From the NCBI GenBank assembly GCA_051955255.1, contig JBQCGX010000158.1, positions 31,723 through 95,722 of the forward strand: DNA of 64,000 bases. The letters are read 5' to 3'. Every line of letters begins with the position of its first letter. Position 1 is the stretch's first letter. The translations under genes and the position numbers were made by a program. This document shows, piece after piece, positions 37,082-46,580 of this stretch. The notes beneath the pieces are model-generated. The model did not search any database, was not told where the DNA came from, and was given only the letters and a program-made list of their open reading frames with translations. The DNA comes from Agriterribacter sp. Lineage in GTDB: Bacteria; Bacteroidota; Bacteroidia; Chitinophagales; Chitinophagaceae.

Positions 37082-37897
37082 ATGTTGCTTCAAAATAAAA
37101 ACGCGATCATATATGGTGGCGGCGGTTCACTCGGCGGAGCTGTAGCAAAAGCTTTCGCTGCTGCCGGTGCCGCTGTTTTTTTAACCGGCATCCATATACA
37201 ATCTGTACAAAAAACAGTAGATGCCATTACTGCATCTGGCGGTAAGGCGCAGGCAAATGTGGTAGACGCGCTGAACGAACTGGCAGTAAAAAATCATATA
37301 GAAGCGGTAGTAGCCGAAGCCGGATCGGTAGACATTGTATTTAATGCCATTGGACTGCAGGATACGCAAAATATTCCTTTGGTAGATATGGCGCTCGACG
37401 ATTTTGTACGACCAATAGACATAGCCATGCGCACCCAATTCATCACCAGTACTGCTGCCGGCAGGATCATGCAGCGGCAAAAGTCCGGTGTTATATTGTC
37501 GCTTACGGCTACACCCGGCGGCATAGGCTATCCCAACGTGGGGGGTTTTGGTCCTGCATGCTGTGCAATGGAAAGTTTTTCGAGAGATCTTGCCAGCGAA
37601 TTAGGTATTTATGGGATAAGGGTTGTAAACATCCGGTCGGGTGGATCGCCTGATTCCAGGCCGTTTGTGGAAGCAGTAGAACAAGACAAGGAGCTGGCCG
37701 ATTATTTCCTGAAAAAGCTCGCCAACGATACCATGCTGAAAAGAATGCCGGTAATGAAATACATTGCCGATACTGCTGTCTTTCTCGCATCTGAAATGGC
37801 CGGCGCTATTACCGGTGTAACCATCGATGTTACCTCCGGAACCACAACGGGACTAAATTACGACACCGTAGTTATTCCGTTTAAGCAAGACCGTTAG
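37082..37897 (+). CDS. SDR family oxidoreductase
   Basis: The track ORF starts at 36998, and the probable start is MLLQNKNAIIYGGGGSLGGAVAKAF (glycine-rich NAD(P) motif). Confidence 0.8.
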   Translation: MLLQNKNAIIYGGGGSLGGAVAKAFAAAGAAVFLTGIHIQSVQKTVDAITASGGKAQANVVDALNELAVKNHIEAVVAEAGSVDIVFNAIGLQDTQNIPLVDMALDDFVRPIDIAMRTQFITSTAAGRIMQRQKSGVILSLTATPGGIGYPNVGGFGPACCAMESFSRDLASELGIYGIRVVNIRSGGSPDSRPFVEAVEQDKELADYFLKKLANDTMLKRMPVMKYIADTAVFLASEMAGAITGVTIDVTSGTTTGLNYDTVVIPFKQDR

Positions 37898-37955
37898 GTT
37901 GCGGATGTGTTTACTGCGTTCGTGTTTTACATCTCAGCATTTATCATTTGTAACT

Positions 37956-38017
37956 GGTTTCGTGAGACACGAAACCGGGCACAGGACTTAAGCCGTGGGT
38001 CGTGTCTCACGACCCGC
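37956..38017. repeat. Short REPIN-like doublet of the CGTGAGACACG palindrome family
   Basis: GGTTTCGTGAGACACGAAACC ... GTGGGTCGTGTCTCACGACCC. These are the same core palindromes that flank the RAYT gene at 53.7-54.7 kb. Confidence 0.7.
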
Positions 38018-38098
38018 CATTCGCTATTTAAGCAAGGAAACATTCATCTCATGTTTCTCAACATTCGCTAACTTGCAGTCAAATCGAGACGCACGCTC

Positions 38099-38692
38099 GT
38101 GACTACTGCTTTGCCATATGATGAATCCGTTTTGTTGCAGGAAATTGCTGATGGAAGTCAGGCCGCCTTCAAAACCCTGTTCGATGCCTATCGTTCGCGC
38201 CTCTATACTTATATTTCCGGGTTGGTAAAATCTCAGCAGGTTGCTGAAGAGCTGGTAATGGATGTATTCACCAAACTCTGGGTTGGAAGAGAGCTGCTCA
38301 CAGAAATTAAAAACTTCGACGCCTTTTTATTCAGGGTGGCACACAATAAAACAATCGATTTTTTCCGGAGTGCCGCCCGCGATCAGAAATTCACTGAACT
38401 ATTATGGGAGGGAATACAGGCTGCATCGGATATGCGGGCCGATGCCACTCTTTATATGCATGAATACGAGGAAAAACTGAGGGAAGCCATTAACCTCTTG
38501 TCTCCCCAACGTAAAAAAGTTTACCAGATGAGCCGGGAGCTCGACCTTACGCACGACCAGATTGCTGCCCGGCTTCAGCTTTCAAAAGCAACCGTTAACA
38601 ATCATTTGGTAGAAGCCAAACAATTCATCCGTAGTTATCTTGTAAGCAGGCTCGATATTGCTACCGTTTTTGTTTTCTTCCTGCGCAACTAA
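38099..38692 (+). CDS. ECF-type RNA polymerase sigma-70 factor
   Basis: 197 aa, GTG start. It has region 2 (VMDVFTKLW, FLFRVAHNKTIDFFR) and region 4 (LSPQRKKVYQMSRELDLTHDQIAARLQLSKATVNNHL). Confidence 0.85.
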   Translation: MTTALPYDESVLLQEIADGSQAAFKTLFDAYRSRLYTYISGLVKSQQVAEELVMDVFTKLWVGRELLTEIKNFDAFLFRVAHNKTIDFFRSAARDQKFTELLWEGIQAASDMRADATLYMHEYEEKLREAINLLSPQRKKVYQMSRELDLTHDQIAARLQLSKATVNNHLVEAKQFIRSYLVSRLDIATVFVFFLRN

Positions 38693-38745
38693 AAAAAATT
38701 TCAGACCCGATAGTTACAGCCCTTTTTTATTACGTCTACCTGTAT

Positions 38746-39972
38746 ATGGGACAGACCTTGTCACACCTTTTAGATAAATACCTGGCCAATACCATTTCCA
38801 AAAACGAATTGGTGGAGCTGTTACGCATGGCCGAGGATGAAAAAGAATATCCTGCATTAAAGACAGCCCTCAATGAACACTGGAAAAAAAGTGCCACCGC
38901 TCCGCAAAAAGGGTCGCCACATTGGGATGCCCGGTTTTATGCAATGATGGAAAAAGAGGCGGCAGAAATTTCCGACAATCCTGAGCCCGCGCAATCGCCC
39001 AAAAGATGGATATACCGGTTAAGCGCAGCCGCTGCTGTATTGCTTGTCCTGTTACCTGCTTACTATCTCTTCTTCTTACCAAAACAAAAAGATACAACCC
39101 CTGCCAATACTCCTGTAGCCATTGCAAAAGATGTAGCAGCACCGGCTTCCAGCAATGCCATACTGGTATTGTCTAACGGACAACAAATTGTACTAGACAC
39201 TGCTACGATGGGCTCCGTGGCCATGCAGGGAAATATCAACATTCAAAAAGGGCAAAACGGGGAAATAATATATACAGGCGACGAAAATGGCTCGCTGCAA
39301 TACAACACGCTTACAGTGCCAAGAGGAAGCAAAATTGCCGACATAATCCTTTCGGATGGGACGAGGGTATGGCTGAACGCAGGATCATCGTTACGTTACC
39401 CTGTCTCATTTGAAAAGGACAAACGCCGGGTGGAAATGATTGGCGAGGCTTATTTTGAAGTTCAGTCTTTACCCTTAAAAAACGGTGCCGGCAAAACGCC
39501 GTTTGTCGTTGCAACCACTTTGCCCTCGGGCAACAACGGCGAAGTGGAAGTATTAGGCACACATTTTAATGTGAATGCTTATGAAGATGAAAAAGATATA
39601 AAAGTTACGCTGCTGGAAGGCGCTGTAAAAGTAAACAAAGGAGCAGCTTCTGTTGTGCTGAAACCAGGCGAGCAGGCTGCAATGAAAACGGGCATACAGG
39701 TAGCCGGCGAAATTGATGTAGACGAAGTAATGGCCTGGAAAAACGGCAAATTTCAATTTGGCGAAGCGGCGGATATCAATATGATCATGCGGCAGGTAGC
39801 ACGGTGGTACGATGTAGAGATAGAATACCGGGATCAGGTAAGCGGGCATATCGGCGGCACTATATCGCGCAACCAGAATGTTTCAAAAGTGCTGCAAATG
39901 CTGGAGATGACGGGTGCGGTAAAGTTTAGCATTGAAGGGCGCAAAGTAACTGTGATGTTGGAAAAGCATTAA
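38746..39972 (+). CDS. FecR-family anti-sigma factor / transmembrane sensor
   Basis: 408 aa with a single TM (LSAAAAVLLVLLPAYYLFFL) and a FecR domain (LSDGTRVWLNAGSSLRYP, GEAYFEV, GTHFNVNAY). Confidence 0.85.
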   Translation: MGQTLSHLLDKYLANTISKNELVELLRMAEDEKEYPALKTALNEHWKKSATAPQKGSPHWDARFYAMMEKEAAEISDNPEPAQSPKRWIYRLSAAAAVLLVLLPAYYLFFLPKQKDTTPANTPVAIAKDVAAPASSNAILVLSNGQQIVLDTATMGSVAMQGNINIQKGQNGEIIYTGDENGSLQYNTLTVPRGSKIADIILSDGTRVWLNAGSSLRYPVSFEKDKRRVEMIGEAYFEVQSLPLKNGAGKTPFVVATTLPSGNNGEVEVLGTHFNVNAYEDEKDIKVTLLEGAVKVNKGAASVVLKPGEQAAMKTGIQVAGEIDVDEVMAWKNGKFQFGEAADINMIMRQVARWYDVEIEYRDQVSGHIGGTISRNQNVSKVLQMLEMTGAVKFSIEGRKVTVMLEKH

Positions 39973-40113
39973 CTCATTGGCAAAATAAAAGCCAGAAGTG
40001 TTTGAGCCACTCCTGGCCAGCGTTGAGCCAATATCATGATACAATCTGTCACAACTGTATTCCTCACTAAAGTGAAGGAACGAATCATTGTTTAACTCAA
40101 ACAAACCAAAGGT

Positions 40114-43100
40114 ATGTATTTAACGAATTGCTTGTTCCGCCTGCGGCGGATCTGCACCAAAACCTGCCCCGCAAGGTTACGCGGGGCGCTGTTAATCATG
40201 AATTTTACAGCAATCTTACTTCTATCCGTTAGTCTTACTGTAAGTGCAGGCAGTTATTCGCAAATAACCCTGCACGAAAAAAACGCATCTCTTTCAAAAG
40301 TATTCAGACAAATACAAAAGCAAACGGGCTACGAGTTTCTGTATAGCTATGAGTTGCTGCAGCAAGCCGGAAAAGTAAGCATAACAGTAACCAATGCCAG
40401 CCTGCAACAGGCGTTGGATCTGTGTTTAAAGAACAGGCCACTTTCTTATTCCATCATCGACCGCACGATTGTGCTTAAGCCAAAGATCGCAGAACCGGCA
40501 ACAGGGCAAACAGCACAGGAGATACCGCCGGTTACTGTAAAAGGGCGGGTAACCGACGAAAGCGGTAATCCCCTCGAAGGTGTTTCTGTCCAGGTAAAAG
40601 GAGGAGCCTCGGGCACTAATACCAATGCCAACGGAGAATACTCGATAGACATTCCGGAAAACGCAGCAAAGGTGCTGGTATTTTCTTTTGTAGGAATGGA
40701 ATCGCAGGAAGTGAATGTAAACGGAAGAACGCAAATCAATGTATCGCTTCGTTCTAAAGATGTACAACAGGAAGAAATTACAATCGTTGCTTACGGCACA
40801 CAACGCAAATCGCAGGTTACTGCCGCCATGTCGTCGGTAAAAGGCGCCGACCTTGTAAAAACACAGGCTGTTGACCTGGGAAGTGCTATGCAGGGCATGG
40901 CCGCGGGTGTAACCGTAACAACGCCTACCGGTGCGCCGGGGGCAGATGCGGTGGTTCGCATCAGGGGTATTGGCACGCTTAACAACAATAACCCGTTGTA
41001 CATTATCGATGGCATACCGGTTAACAGCGGACTTACCACTATTTCGCCTACCGACATTGCATCGATGGAAATATTAAAAGATGCTTCTGCCGCGGCTATA
41101 TACGGAGCCAGGGCAGCCAACGGCGTTATACTCGTCACCACCAAATCGGGCAAGGCCGGCAAAACGATTATTTCGCTGGATGCATCGCTTGGACTTGCCA
41201 ACCCTACCAATTTGCCGGAAATGATCAACACTGCGCAATACATAGAATTGCAGAATGAAGCATTCGCCAACGATGGGGTGAGTAACCGCAACAACGACAA
41301 TGCCAGCTCGCTTCCCAATACCGATTGGCAAGATGCCATTTTTCAACAAGGCGTTACACAACGGTACAGCCTGAGCTTTTCGGGCGGCAACGATAAAACA
41401 AGGTTTTACATTTCCGGCAACACTGTCGACCAGAAGGGAACCATTGTTTACTCTTCGTTTAAACGCTATGGCGTACGTACCAATGTTGTATCGGACGTAA
41501 AAAGCTGGCTGCGCATTGGCGAAAACATGAATATCACCTACGATCAAACGCAAAATGTAGGCGCCTCCGGCGATGGCGGAAGACCTGGAAGCTTGCCGGG
41601 AGTTGTGCGTTATGCGCTGATCCGTCCCAATGCCATTCCGGTATACGACCCTGTTACTGGTTTGTATACCGACCTGCCGCCCACATCGTTGTATGAAAAT
41701 GCCAACCTGTACGGCGATGGAAAAAATCCATTGGCAATTGCGCAATACCGTAACAATACAACGCATCGCTACCGCCTGGTAGGCAATGTATTTGCAGAAG
41801 CCACCTTGATGAAGGGGTTGAAGCTGAGAACCGACTTGGGACTCGACTATTATACCAATGAGCAGCAAATGTATGCAGGCCAAATACCGGGCGACAGAAC
41901 AACGCTGGACAATCTTAGCAAATCGGTAAACAAATTCCGCAACCGTTATACAACACTTAACTGGACGAATACCATCAACTATTCTCACAACTGGAATGAT
42001 GCGCACGACCTGAACGTTACCGCCGGTTCGGAGTATGTAGGTTTCACGGTAGATTATTTGTCAGGTTCGCGTAACGGTTATGATATGAGATCGGACATGA
42101 GTCCCGATCTGCAATACCTTGGCTATGGAACAGGCCAGCAGTTTACTGATGGTATTAAACAGGAATGGGCATTGATGTCGTATTTCGGCAGAGTATCTTA
42201 TGCATTCAGGGATAAATATCTTGCTACAGCAAGTCTTCGTGCAGATGCCTCTTCGCGCTTCAGCGAAAAGAACCGGAACGGCTATTTCCCTTCTTTTTCG
42301 TTGGGATGGAATATTACCAGGGAAAATTTCCTGGAAAATTCAAGCTGGCTGGATGATCTGAAACTGAGAGGAAGCTGGGGGCAGTTGGGCAACCAGGAAA
42401 TCGGCTACTATCCATTTGCTACTATCTATTCTACCAGCAACAATATACTGCAGGTAATAAGCCAGGGAAATCCCGATGTAAAATGGGAAACCACCACACA
42501 AACCAACATTGGATTTGACGCGGCGGTGCTCAATAAAAAATTCAGGATCTCTCTCGACTATTATATACGCAACACGAAAGATATATTGATTCAATTACCG
42601 GTGTCGTTTACTAACGGTGATGCAGCACCGCCTTATGTAAACGGTGCCACCATGCGCAATAAGGGAATAGACGTGACCGTGAATTATGCACAGGGAACCA
42701 GGGACTGGTCGTGGGACATTACCGCCAATGTAACTTCTGTCAATAACAAAGTACTATCGCTCTACAAAGCCAAAGAACAGATCATCAGCGCTGGCAATGC
42801 TAATATTCTTTTGAAAGAGGGAGAAAGCGTAAGCTCGTTTTATGGTTACAAAACAGCGGGCATCTTCCAGAATCAGGCAGACGTTAATAACCACGTAAAC
42901 AAAGATGGTGAGTTGCTGCAGCCTTCTGCTAAACCGGGCGATATCCGCTTTGTAGATATTAATAACGACGGTGTGCTGGATGATAAAGACAGGGGCATCA
43001 TTGGGCACGGCTTACCAAAATTTTTGTATAGCCTGAACGGCACATTGCGTTACAAACAGTTTGACCTGAACCTTTTCTTTTACGGAGTATCGGGCAACCA

Positions 43101-43533
43101 GATCTATAACGAAGTGGATAACATCATCAACAGCTTTGATTCAAGAGGCTTTAACAGCAAGCTGGATTTTTATGAAAATCGCTGGCATGGCGAGGGAACC
43201 AGCAACAGTATGCCGCGCGCCACTTACCAGGATGGCAACAACAATCGCCGAACCTCGGACAGATATGTTCAAAACGGCGCTTACCTGCGATTGAAAAATA
43301 CGGTACTGGGATATAATTTTTCTCAACGGTTGTTGCAATCGGCTGGCTTAACGTCTGCCCGTATTTACGTAAGTGCGCAAAACCTGTTCACCATTACAAA
43401 GTACAAGGGCATGGACCCGGAAATGTATACAAACGAAAACCTGGCCAATTACGGCGATCTGGCAATAGGTATTGACATGGGCACATACCCTCCCGCCAAA
43501 ACATTTACGTTCGGCGTGCAACTCAATTTCTAA
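40114..43533 (+). CDS. SusC/RagA-family TonB-linked outer-membrane protein with N-terminal STN signalling domain
   Basis: 1139 aa, with an alternative start at 40198 (MNFTAILLL). It has an STN domain, a carboxypeptidase-regulatory-like domain (VKGRVTDESGNPLEGVSVQVKG), a plug (LYIIDGIPV, ILKDASAAAIYGARAANGVILVTTK), and a C-terminal barrel ending FGVQLNF. Confidence 0.9.
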   Translation: MYLTNCLFRLRRICTKTCPARLRGALLIMNFTAILLLSVSLTVSAGSYSQITLHEKNASLSKVFRQIQKQTGYEFLYSYELLQQAGKVSITVTNASLQQALDLCLKNRPLSYSIIDRTIVLKPKIAEPATGQTAQEIPPVTVKGRVTDESGNPLEGVSVQVKGGASGTNTNANGEYSIDIPENAAKVLVFSFVGMESQEVNVNGRTQINVSLRSKDVQQEEITIVAYGTQRKSQVTAAMSSVKGADLVKTQAVDLGSAMQGMAAGVTVTTPTGAPGADAVVRIRGIGTLNNNNPLYIIDGIPVNSGLTTISPTDIASMEILKDASAAAIYGARAANGVILVTTKSGKAGKTIISLDASLGLANPTNLPEMINTAQYIELQNEAFANDGVSNRNNDNASSLPNTDWQDAIFQQGVTQRYSLSFSGGNDKTRFYISGNTVDQKGTIVYSSFKRYGVRTNVVSDVKSWLRIGENMNITYDQTQNVGASGDGGRPGSLPGVVRYALIRPNAIPVYDPVTGLYTDLPPTSLYENANLYGDGKNPLAIAQYRNNTTHRYRLVGNVFAEATLMKGLKLRTDLGLDYYTNEQQMYAGQIPGDRTTLDNLSKSVNKFRNRYTTLNWTNTINYSHNWNDAHDLNVTAGSEYVGFTVDYLSGSRNGYDMRSDMSPDLQYLGYGTGQQFTDGIKQEWALMSYFGRVSYAFRDKYLATASLRADASSRFSEKNRNGYFPSFSLGWNITRENFLENSSWLDDLKLRGSWGQLGNQEIGYYPFATIYSTSNNILQVISQGNPDVKWETTTQTNIGFDAAVLNKKFRISLDYYIRNTKDILIQLPVSFTNGDAAPPYVNGATMRNKGIDVTVNYAQGTRDWSWDITANVTSVNNKVLSLYKAKEQIISAGNANILLKEGESVSSFYGYKTAGIFQNQADVNNHVNKDGELLQPSAKPGDIRFVDINNDGVLDDKDRGIIGHGLPKFLYSLNGTLRYKQFDLNLFFYGVSGNQIYNEVDNIINSFDSRGFNSKLDFYENRWHGEGTSNSMPRATYQDGNNNRRTSDRYVQNGAYLRLKNTVLGYNFSQRLLQSAGLTSARIYVSAQNLFTITKYKGMDPEMYTNENLANYGDLAIGIDMGTYPPAKTFTFGVQLNF

Positions 43534-43557
43534 ACCAGGCAGATAAAAACATTACAG

Positions 43558-45039
43558 ATGAAAAAGATACTCTTCATAATATTAATCACTGCATTTTTTG
43601 CATGCAGCAAAAAGCTGGAAAAATTTCCGCAAGGCCAGCTAACGGAAAACAACGTATTCACCATGGCGAGTGATTTTATGCTTGCCATAGATGCCGCTTA
43701 TGAGCCACTCACCCATCGCTGGCGTGGTAGTTGGGATTGGGATTTGGGCGCTTCTATATCGCGCGATTGGGTAATTGGCGACGATATGAGTGACGATGCG
43801 GTAAAGGGTGGCGGTGGCCTGGGCGACCAGGAGGATATGCGGCGCATGGAAACATTTGCTGTTTTTGCTACCAATAACAACGTGCTGGGTATATGGCGTT
43901 ATAACTACAAGGGTATTAATGCTGCCAATATTATTTTGCAGCAGGATGGCAGTAAAGCACCCGATCTTGACCCTGCAACTTTTAACCGGATAAAAGGAGA
44001 AGCATATTTCCTGAGGGCCTTTTATTATTTCAGGCTGGTAGTAAATTTTGGCGATGTGCCGTTGTTGATTCCGGAAAAGGGTTTGACAGACAATACTAAA
44101 AAAGCAACTGCCGCCGAAGTATATGCGCAGATAGAAGAAGACCTGCAACAGGCTAAGAGCCTGCCTGCATCGTATCCGGCCAGCGACTATCACCGGGCCA
44201 CCAGCGGTGCGGTGCATGCCTTACTGGCAAAAACATTTTTATACCGTGGGCAATGGCAAAAATGCCTCGATGAAATTACCGAAACAGAAAAAAGCGGTTA
44301 CGCATTATTGCCCAATTATGCCGACAACTTTAATGGCGTTGGCGAACAGGGCAAAGAGATCATTTTTGCTGCACGTCACGATGCAGGTAAAGTTCCCTCG
44401 CAGGGCTCTATCCTCAATGCCGTATTTGCACCACGGGGTATAGGCTGGGGTTTTAATTTGCCTACGCAAGACCTGGTAGACGAATATGAAACCGGTGATC
44501 CGAGACTGGGTGCTACTATTTTTAAAGGAGGAGATACTTATTTCAACGGGGCGCCTTTCGATGCTTCCACTTCTATAACCGGCTATGCTGTAAAAAAATT
44601 CCTGGGCAATTTTAACCCGGTTGACGACGGTGGTATTGACTATGTATACATCCGGTATGCGGATGTGCTGTTGTGGAAGGCAGAATGTTATGCGCAGCTC
44701 AATAATGCTGACGATGCCAAAACAGCGCTGGAACTGGTAAGGGCAAGAGCAAGGGGAGGAAACAATGCGATTTTACCGGCGGTAACCACCTCAGACAAAG
44801 ACGATCTGTTAGCAGCCATCCGCCACGAAAGAAGAGTGGAGCTGGCGTTTGAGGGTCAGCGTTATTATGACCTCGTGCGCTGGAACATCGCAGCAACAGT
44901 GCTTGCTAAATCTCCCGATGCAGATCCCTTAACGGGCTATAAGGATTACGGAGATGGCTGGCAAACCCGCAATGCGTTGCTGCCTGTACCGCAACGCGAG
45001 GTTGACCTGCTGGGGCTTGGGCAAAACAATGGCTATTAA
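43558..45039 (+). CDS. SusD/RagB-family nutrient-binding lipoprotein
   Basis: 493 aa with a lipobox (FFAC), TPR-like helices, and RAFYYFRLVVNFGDVPL. The C-terminal ERRVELAFEGQRYYDLVRW is a SusD hallmark. Confidence 0.9.
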   Translation: MKKILFIILITAFFACSKKLEKFPQGQLTENNVFTMASDFMLAIDAAYEPLTHRWRGSWDWDLGASISRDWVIGDDMSDDAVKGGGGLGDQEDMRRMETFAVFATNNNVLGIWRYNYKGINAANIILQQDGSKAPDLDPATFNRIKGEAYFLRAFYYFRLVVNFGDVPLLIPEKGLTDNTKKATAAEVYAQIEEDLQQAKSLPASYPASDYHRATSGAVHALLAKTFLYRGQWQKCLDEITETEKSGYALLPNYADNFNGVGEQGKEIIFAARHDAGKVPSQGSILNAVFAPRGIGWGFNLPTQDLVDEYETGDPRLGATIFKGGDTYFNGAPFDASTSITGYAVKKFLGNFNPVDDGGIDYVYIRYADVLLWKAECYAQLNNADDAKTALELVRARARGGNNAILPAVTTSDKDDLLAAIRHERRVELAFEGQRYYDLVRWNIAATVLAKSPDADPLTGYKDYGDGWQTRNALLPVPQREVDLLGLGQNNGY

Positions 45040-45046
45040 ATTTGGT

Positions 45047-45099
45047 GAGCCGCAGACGCGCAGATTGAATACTGTTTTTAACCTGCGAACCTGCGGCTA
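45047..45099. repeat. REP-like palindrome, family GCAGATTCGCAGAT (copy 3)
   Basis: AGCCGCAGACGCGCAGATT-gaatactgttttta-AACCTGCGAACCTGCGGCT, immediately after the SusD stop. Confidence 0.6.
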
Positions 45100-45115
45100 T
45101 TTAAAACACTTACAC

Positions 45116-46243
45116 ATGCGATATTCAAAATCTATCATTTCCCTTGCGTTCATCCTTGCTAACTACATCGGGTATACGCAACAAAAACCCTGGATGCTGG
45201 GTCCGTTTGTAAAACAAGACAAAGTGAATCCCGTATTGAAGCCTAAACAAACACGCTTCTTCGATCCGGTGCTTCAAAAGCAGGTTGGCTGGGAAGCGCA
45301 GGATGTATACAATCCTGCAGCACTTGTTAAAGATGGGAAAATTTACCTGCTCTACCGTGCTGAGGATACCGTGAAAAAATACGCCGGCACTTCGCGTATT
45401 GGACTGGCACATAGCAAAGACGGACTAACATTCACTACTGAAAAGCACCCGGTGCTATATCCAGATAACGACCATATGCTATCGTGGGAAGCTGAAGGCG
45501 GCGTGGAAGATCCGCGGGTGGTGCGCGATGAAAATGGCACTTACTATATGACCTATACCGCATACGATGGCACTACTGCGAGGTTGTGCATCGCTTCTTC
45601 AAAAGACCTGAGGAAATGGCAAAAACACGGATCGGTATTTAAGAAAGCCGAAAACGGCAAGTATAACAACTACTGGACAAAAGCAGGCTCTATTGTATGC
45701 GCTGTAAAGAATGGCGAATTGATAGCCACCAAAATAAATGGCAAATACTGGATGTATTGGGGCGAATCGAATATATATGCAGCCGTTTCAGAAAACCTCG
45801 TTGACTGGACACCGTTACCGGAAACGGATCCGGCTAAAAAACAATATGATTCACTTCGCAAATACGAAGCTTTCAAAATTATATTTGGCCCTCGCAGGGG
45901 GAAATTCGATAGCGAGCTGGTTGAGCCGGGTCCACCGGCTGTGCTTACAGATGACGGAATTGTTTTTATATACAACAGCAAAAACAGTCCTTCGTTCGGC
46001 GATAAAACTCTGGCAGATGGCACCTATGCCGCCGGGCAAATATTGCTGGACAAAAATGACCCACTGGTGGTGAAAGATCGGTGCGATAATTATTTTATTA
46101 AGCCAGACAAGCCTTATGAAATTACAGGGCAGGTAAATAATGTTTGCTTCCTGGAAGGATTGGTGCCATTCAACGGGCGCTGGTATTTGTACTATGGAAC
46201 AGCAGATTCTAAGATAGCGGTAGCCGTTAGTGAAGCCAAGTGA
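45116..46243 (+). CDS. Glycoside hydrolase family 130-like protein (beta-mannoside hydrolase/phosphorylase fold), secreted
   Basis: The track ORF starts at 44954 and overlaps SusD, so the probable start is MRYSKSIISLAFIL (signal peptide). GH130-type motifs are DVYNPAALVKDGKIYLLYRAED, GVEDPRVV and YYMTYTAYDG. Confidence 0.8.
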   Translation: MRYSKSIISLAFILANYIGYTQQKPWMLGPFVKQDKVNPVLKPKQTRFFDPVLQKQVGWEAQDVYNPAALVKDGKIYLLYRAEDTVKKYAGTSRIGLAHSKDGLTFTTEKHPVLYPDNDHMLSWEAEGGVEDPRVVRDENGTYYMTYTAYDGTTARLCIASSKDLRKWQKHGSVFKKAENGKYNNYWTKAGSIVCAVKNGELIATKINGKYWMYWGESNIYAAVSENLVDWTPLPETDPAKKQYDSLRKYEAFKIIFGPRRGKFDSELVEPGPPAVLTDDGIVFIYNSKNSPSFGDKTLADGTYAAGQILLDKNDPLVVKDRCDNYFIKPDKPYEITGQVNNVCFLEGLVPFNGRWYLYYGTADSKIAVAVSEAK

Positions 46244-46325
46244 AAGGTGAAAGGTCAAAGGTCAAAGGTCAAAGGTGAGAGGTGAGAGGTGAAAGATCTT
46301 TGATCTTTCACTTTTCACCTTTGGC
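46240..46325. repeat. Payload-free hairpin built from 8-nt periodic GGTGAAAG-type units
   Basis: GTGAAAGGTGAAAGGTCAAAGGTCAAAGGTCAAAGGTGAGAGGTGAGAGGTGAAAGATC-ttt-GATCTTTCACTTTTCACCTTTGG. The arm motif is the same as that of the nrd four-helix-bundle cassette. It begins on the GH130 stop codon. Confidence 0.75.
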
Positions 46326-46373
46326 CACCTAATGGCCTGAATATTGATGCATTTTCGTATAAACCTTCCTGTT

Positions 46374-46580
46374 ATGACACTAAAAATAGAAGCCCCCTGG
46401 CAAGAAGTAAAAGAAAAGCTGAAAGAAAATGATCATACACTTACCGATGAGGATCTGGTGTATGAAAAAGGTAAAGAAGATGAATTGCTGGAACGCCTCG
46501 GCCGTAAGCTAAAGCGTTCTAAAGAAGAAGTACGTATGCTTATAGAAAGTATTTCAGGTAATTCTGCCAAAGCAGGTTAA
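46374..46580 (+). CDS. Small hypothetical protein, CsbD/YjbJ-like pattern
   Basis: MTLKIEAPWQEVKEKLKENDHTLTDEDLVYEKGKEDELLERLGRKLKRSKEEVRMLIESI resembles the CsbD general-stress helix-loop-helix layout. Alternative starts are at 46347 and 46344. Its stop overlaps the convergent receptor gene stop (TTAA). Confidence 0.4.
   Translation: MTLKIEAPWQEVKEKLKENDHTLTDEDLVYEKGKEDELLERLGRKLKRSKEEVRMLIESISGNSAKAG

Noticed and set aside
41074-42006. 310-aa minus-strand ORF, together with many other 60-190-aa antisense ORFs inside susC, nrdA, metE, the ABC genes, GH63 and others
   Set aside because: They lie opposite long genes with clear family motifs. They are Arg/Cys/His-rich and low-complexity, as is typical of antisense frames. 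None has a domain signature or its own regulatory signals.
46240-46325. Possible CRISPR-like or minisatellite array (GGTGAAAG/GGTCAAAG units)
   Set aside because: The units are only 8 nt with no spacers, and the tract is half of a hairpin. There are no cas genes in the window. I treated it as a simple-sequence hairpin instead.
46577-46580. Convergent genes sharing overlapping stop codons (TTAA) with no terminator between them
   Set aside because: The pattern is real in the sequence but most simply explained by a compact gene arrangement. The small CsbD-like ORF is itself low-confidence, so no biological claim is made.
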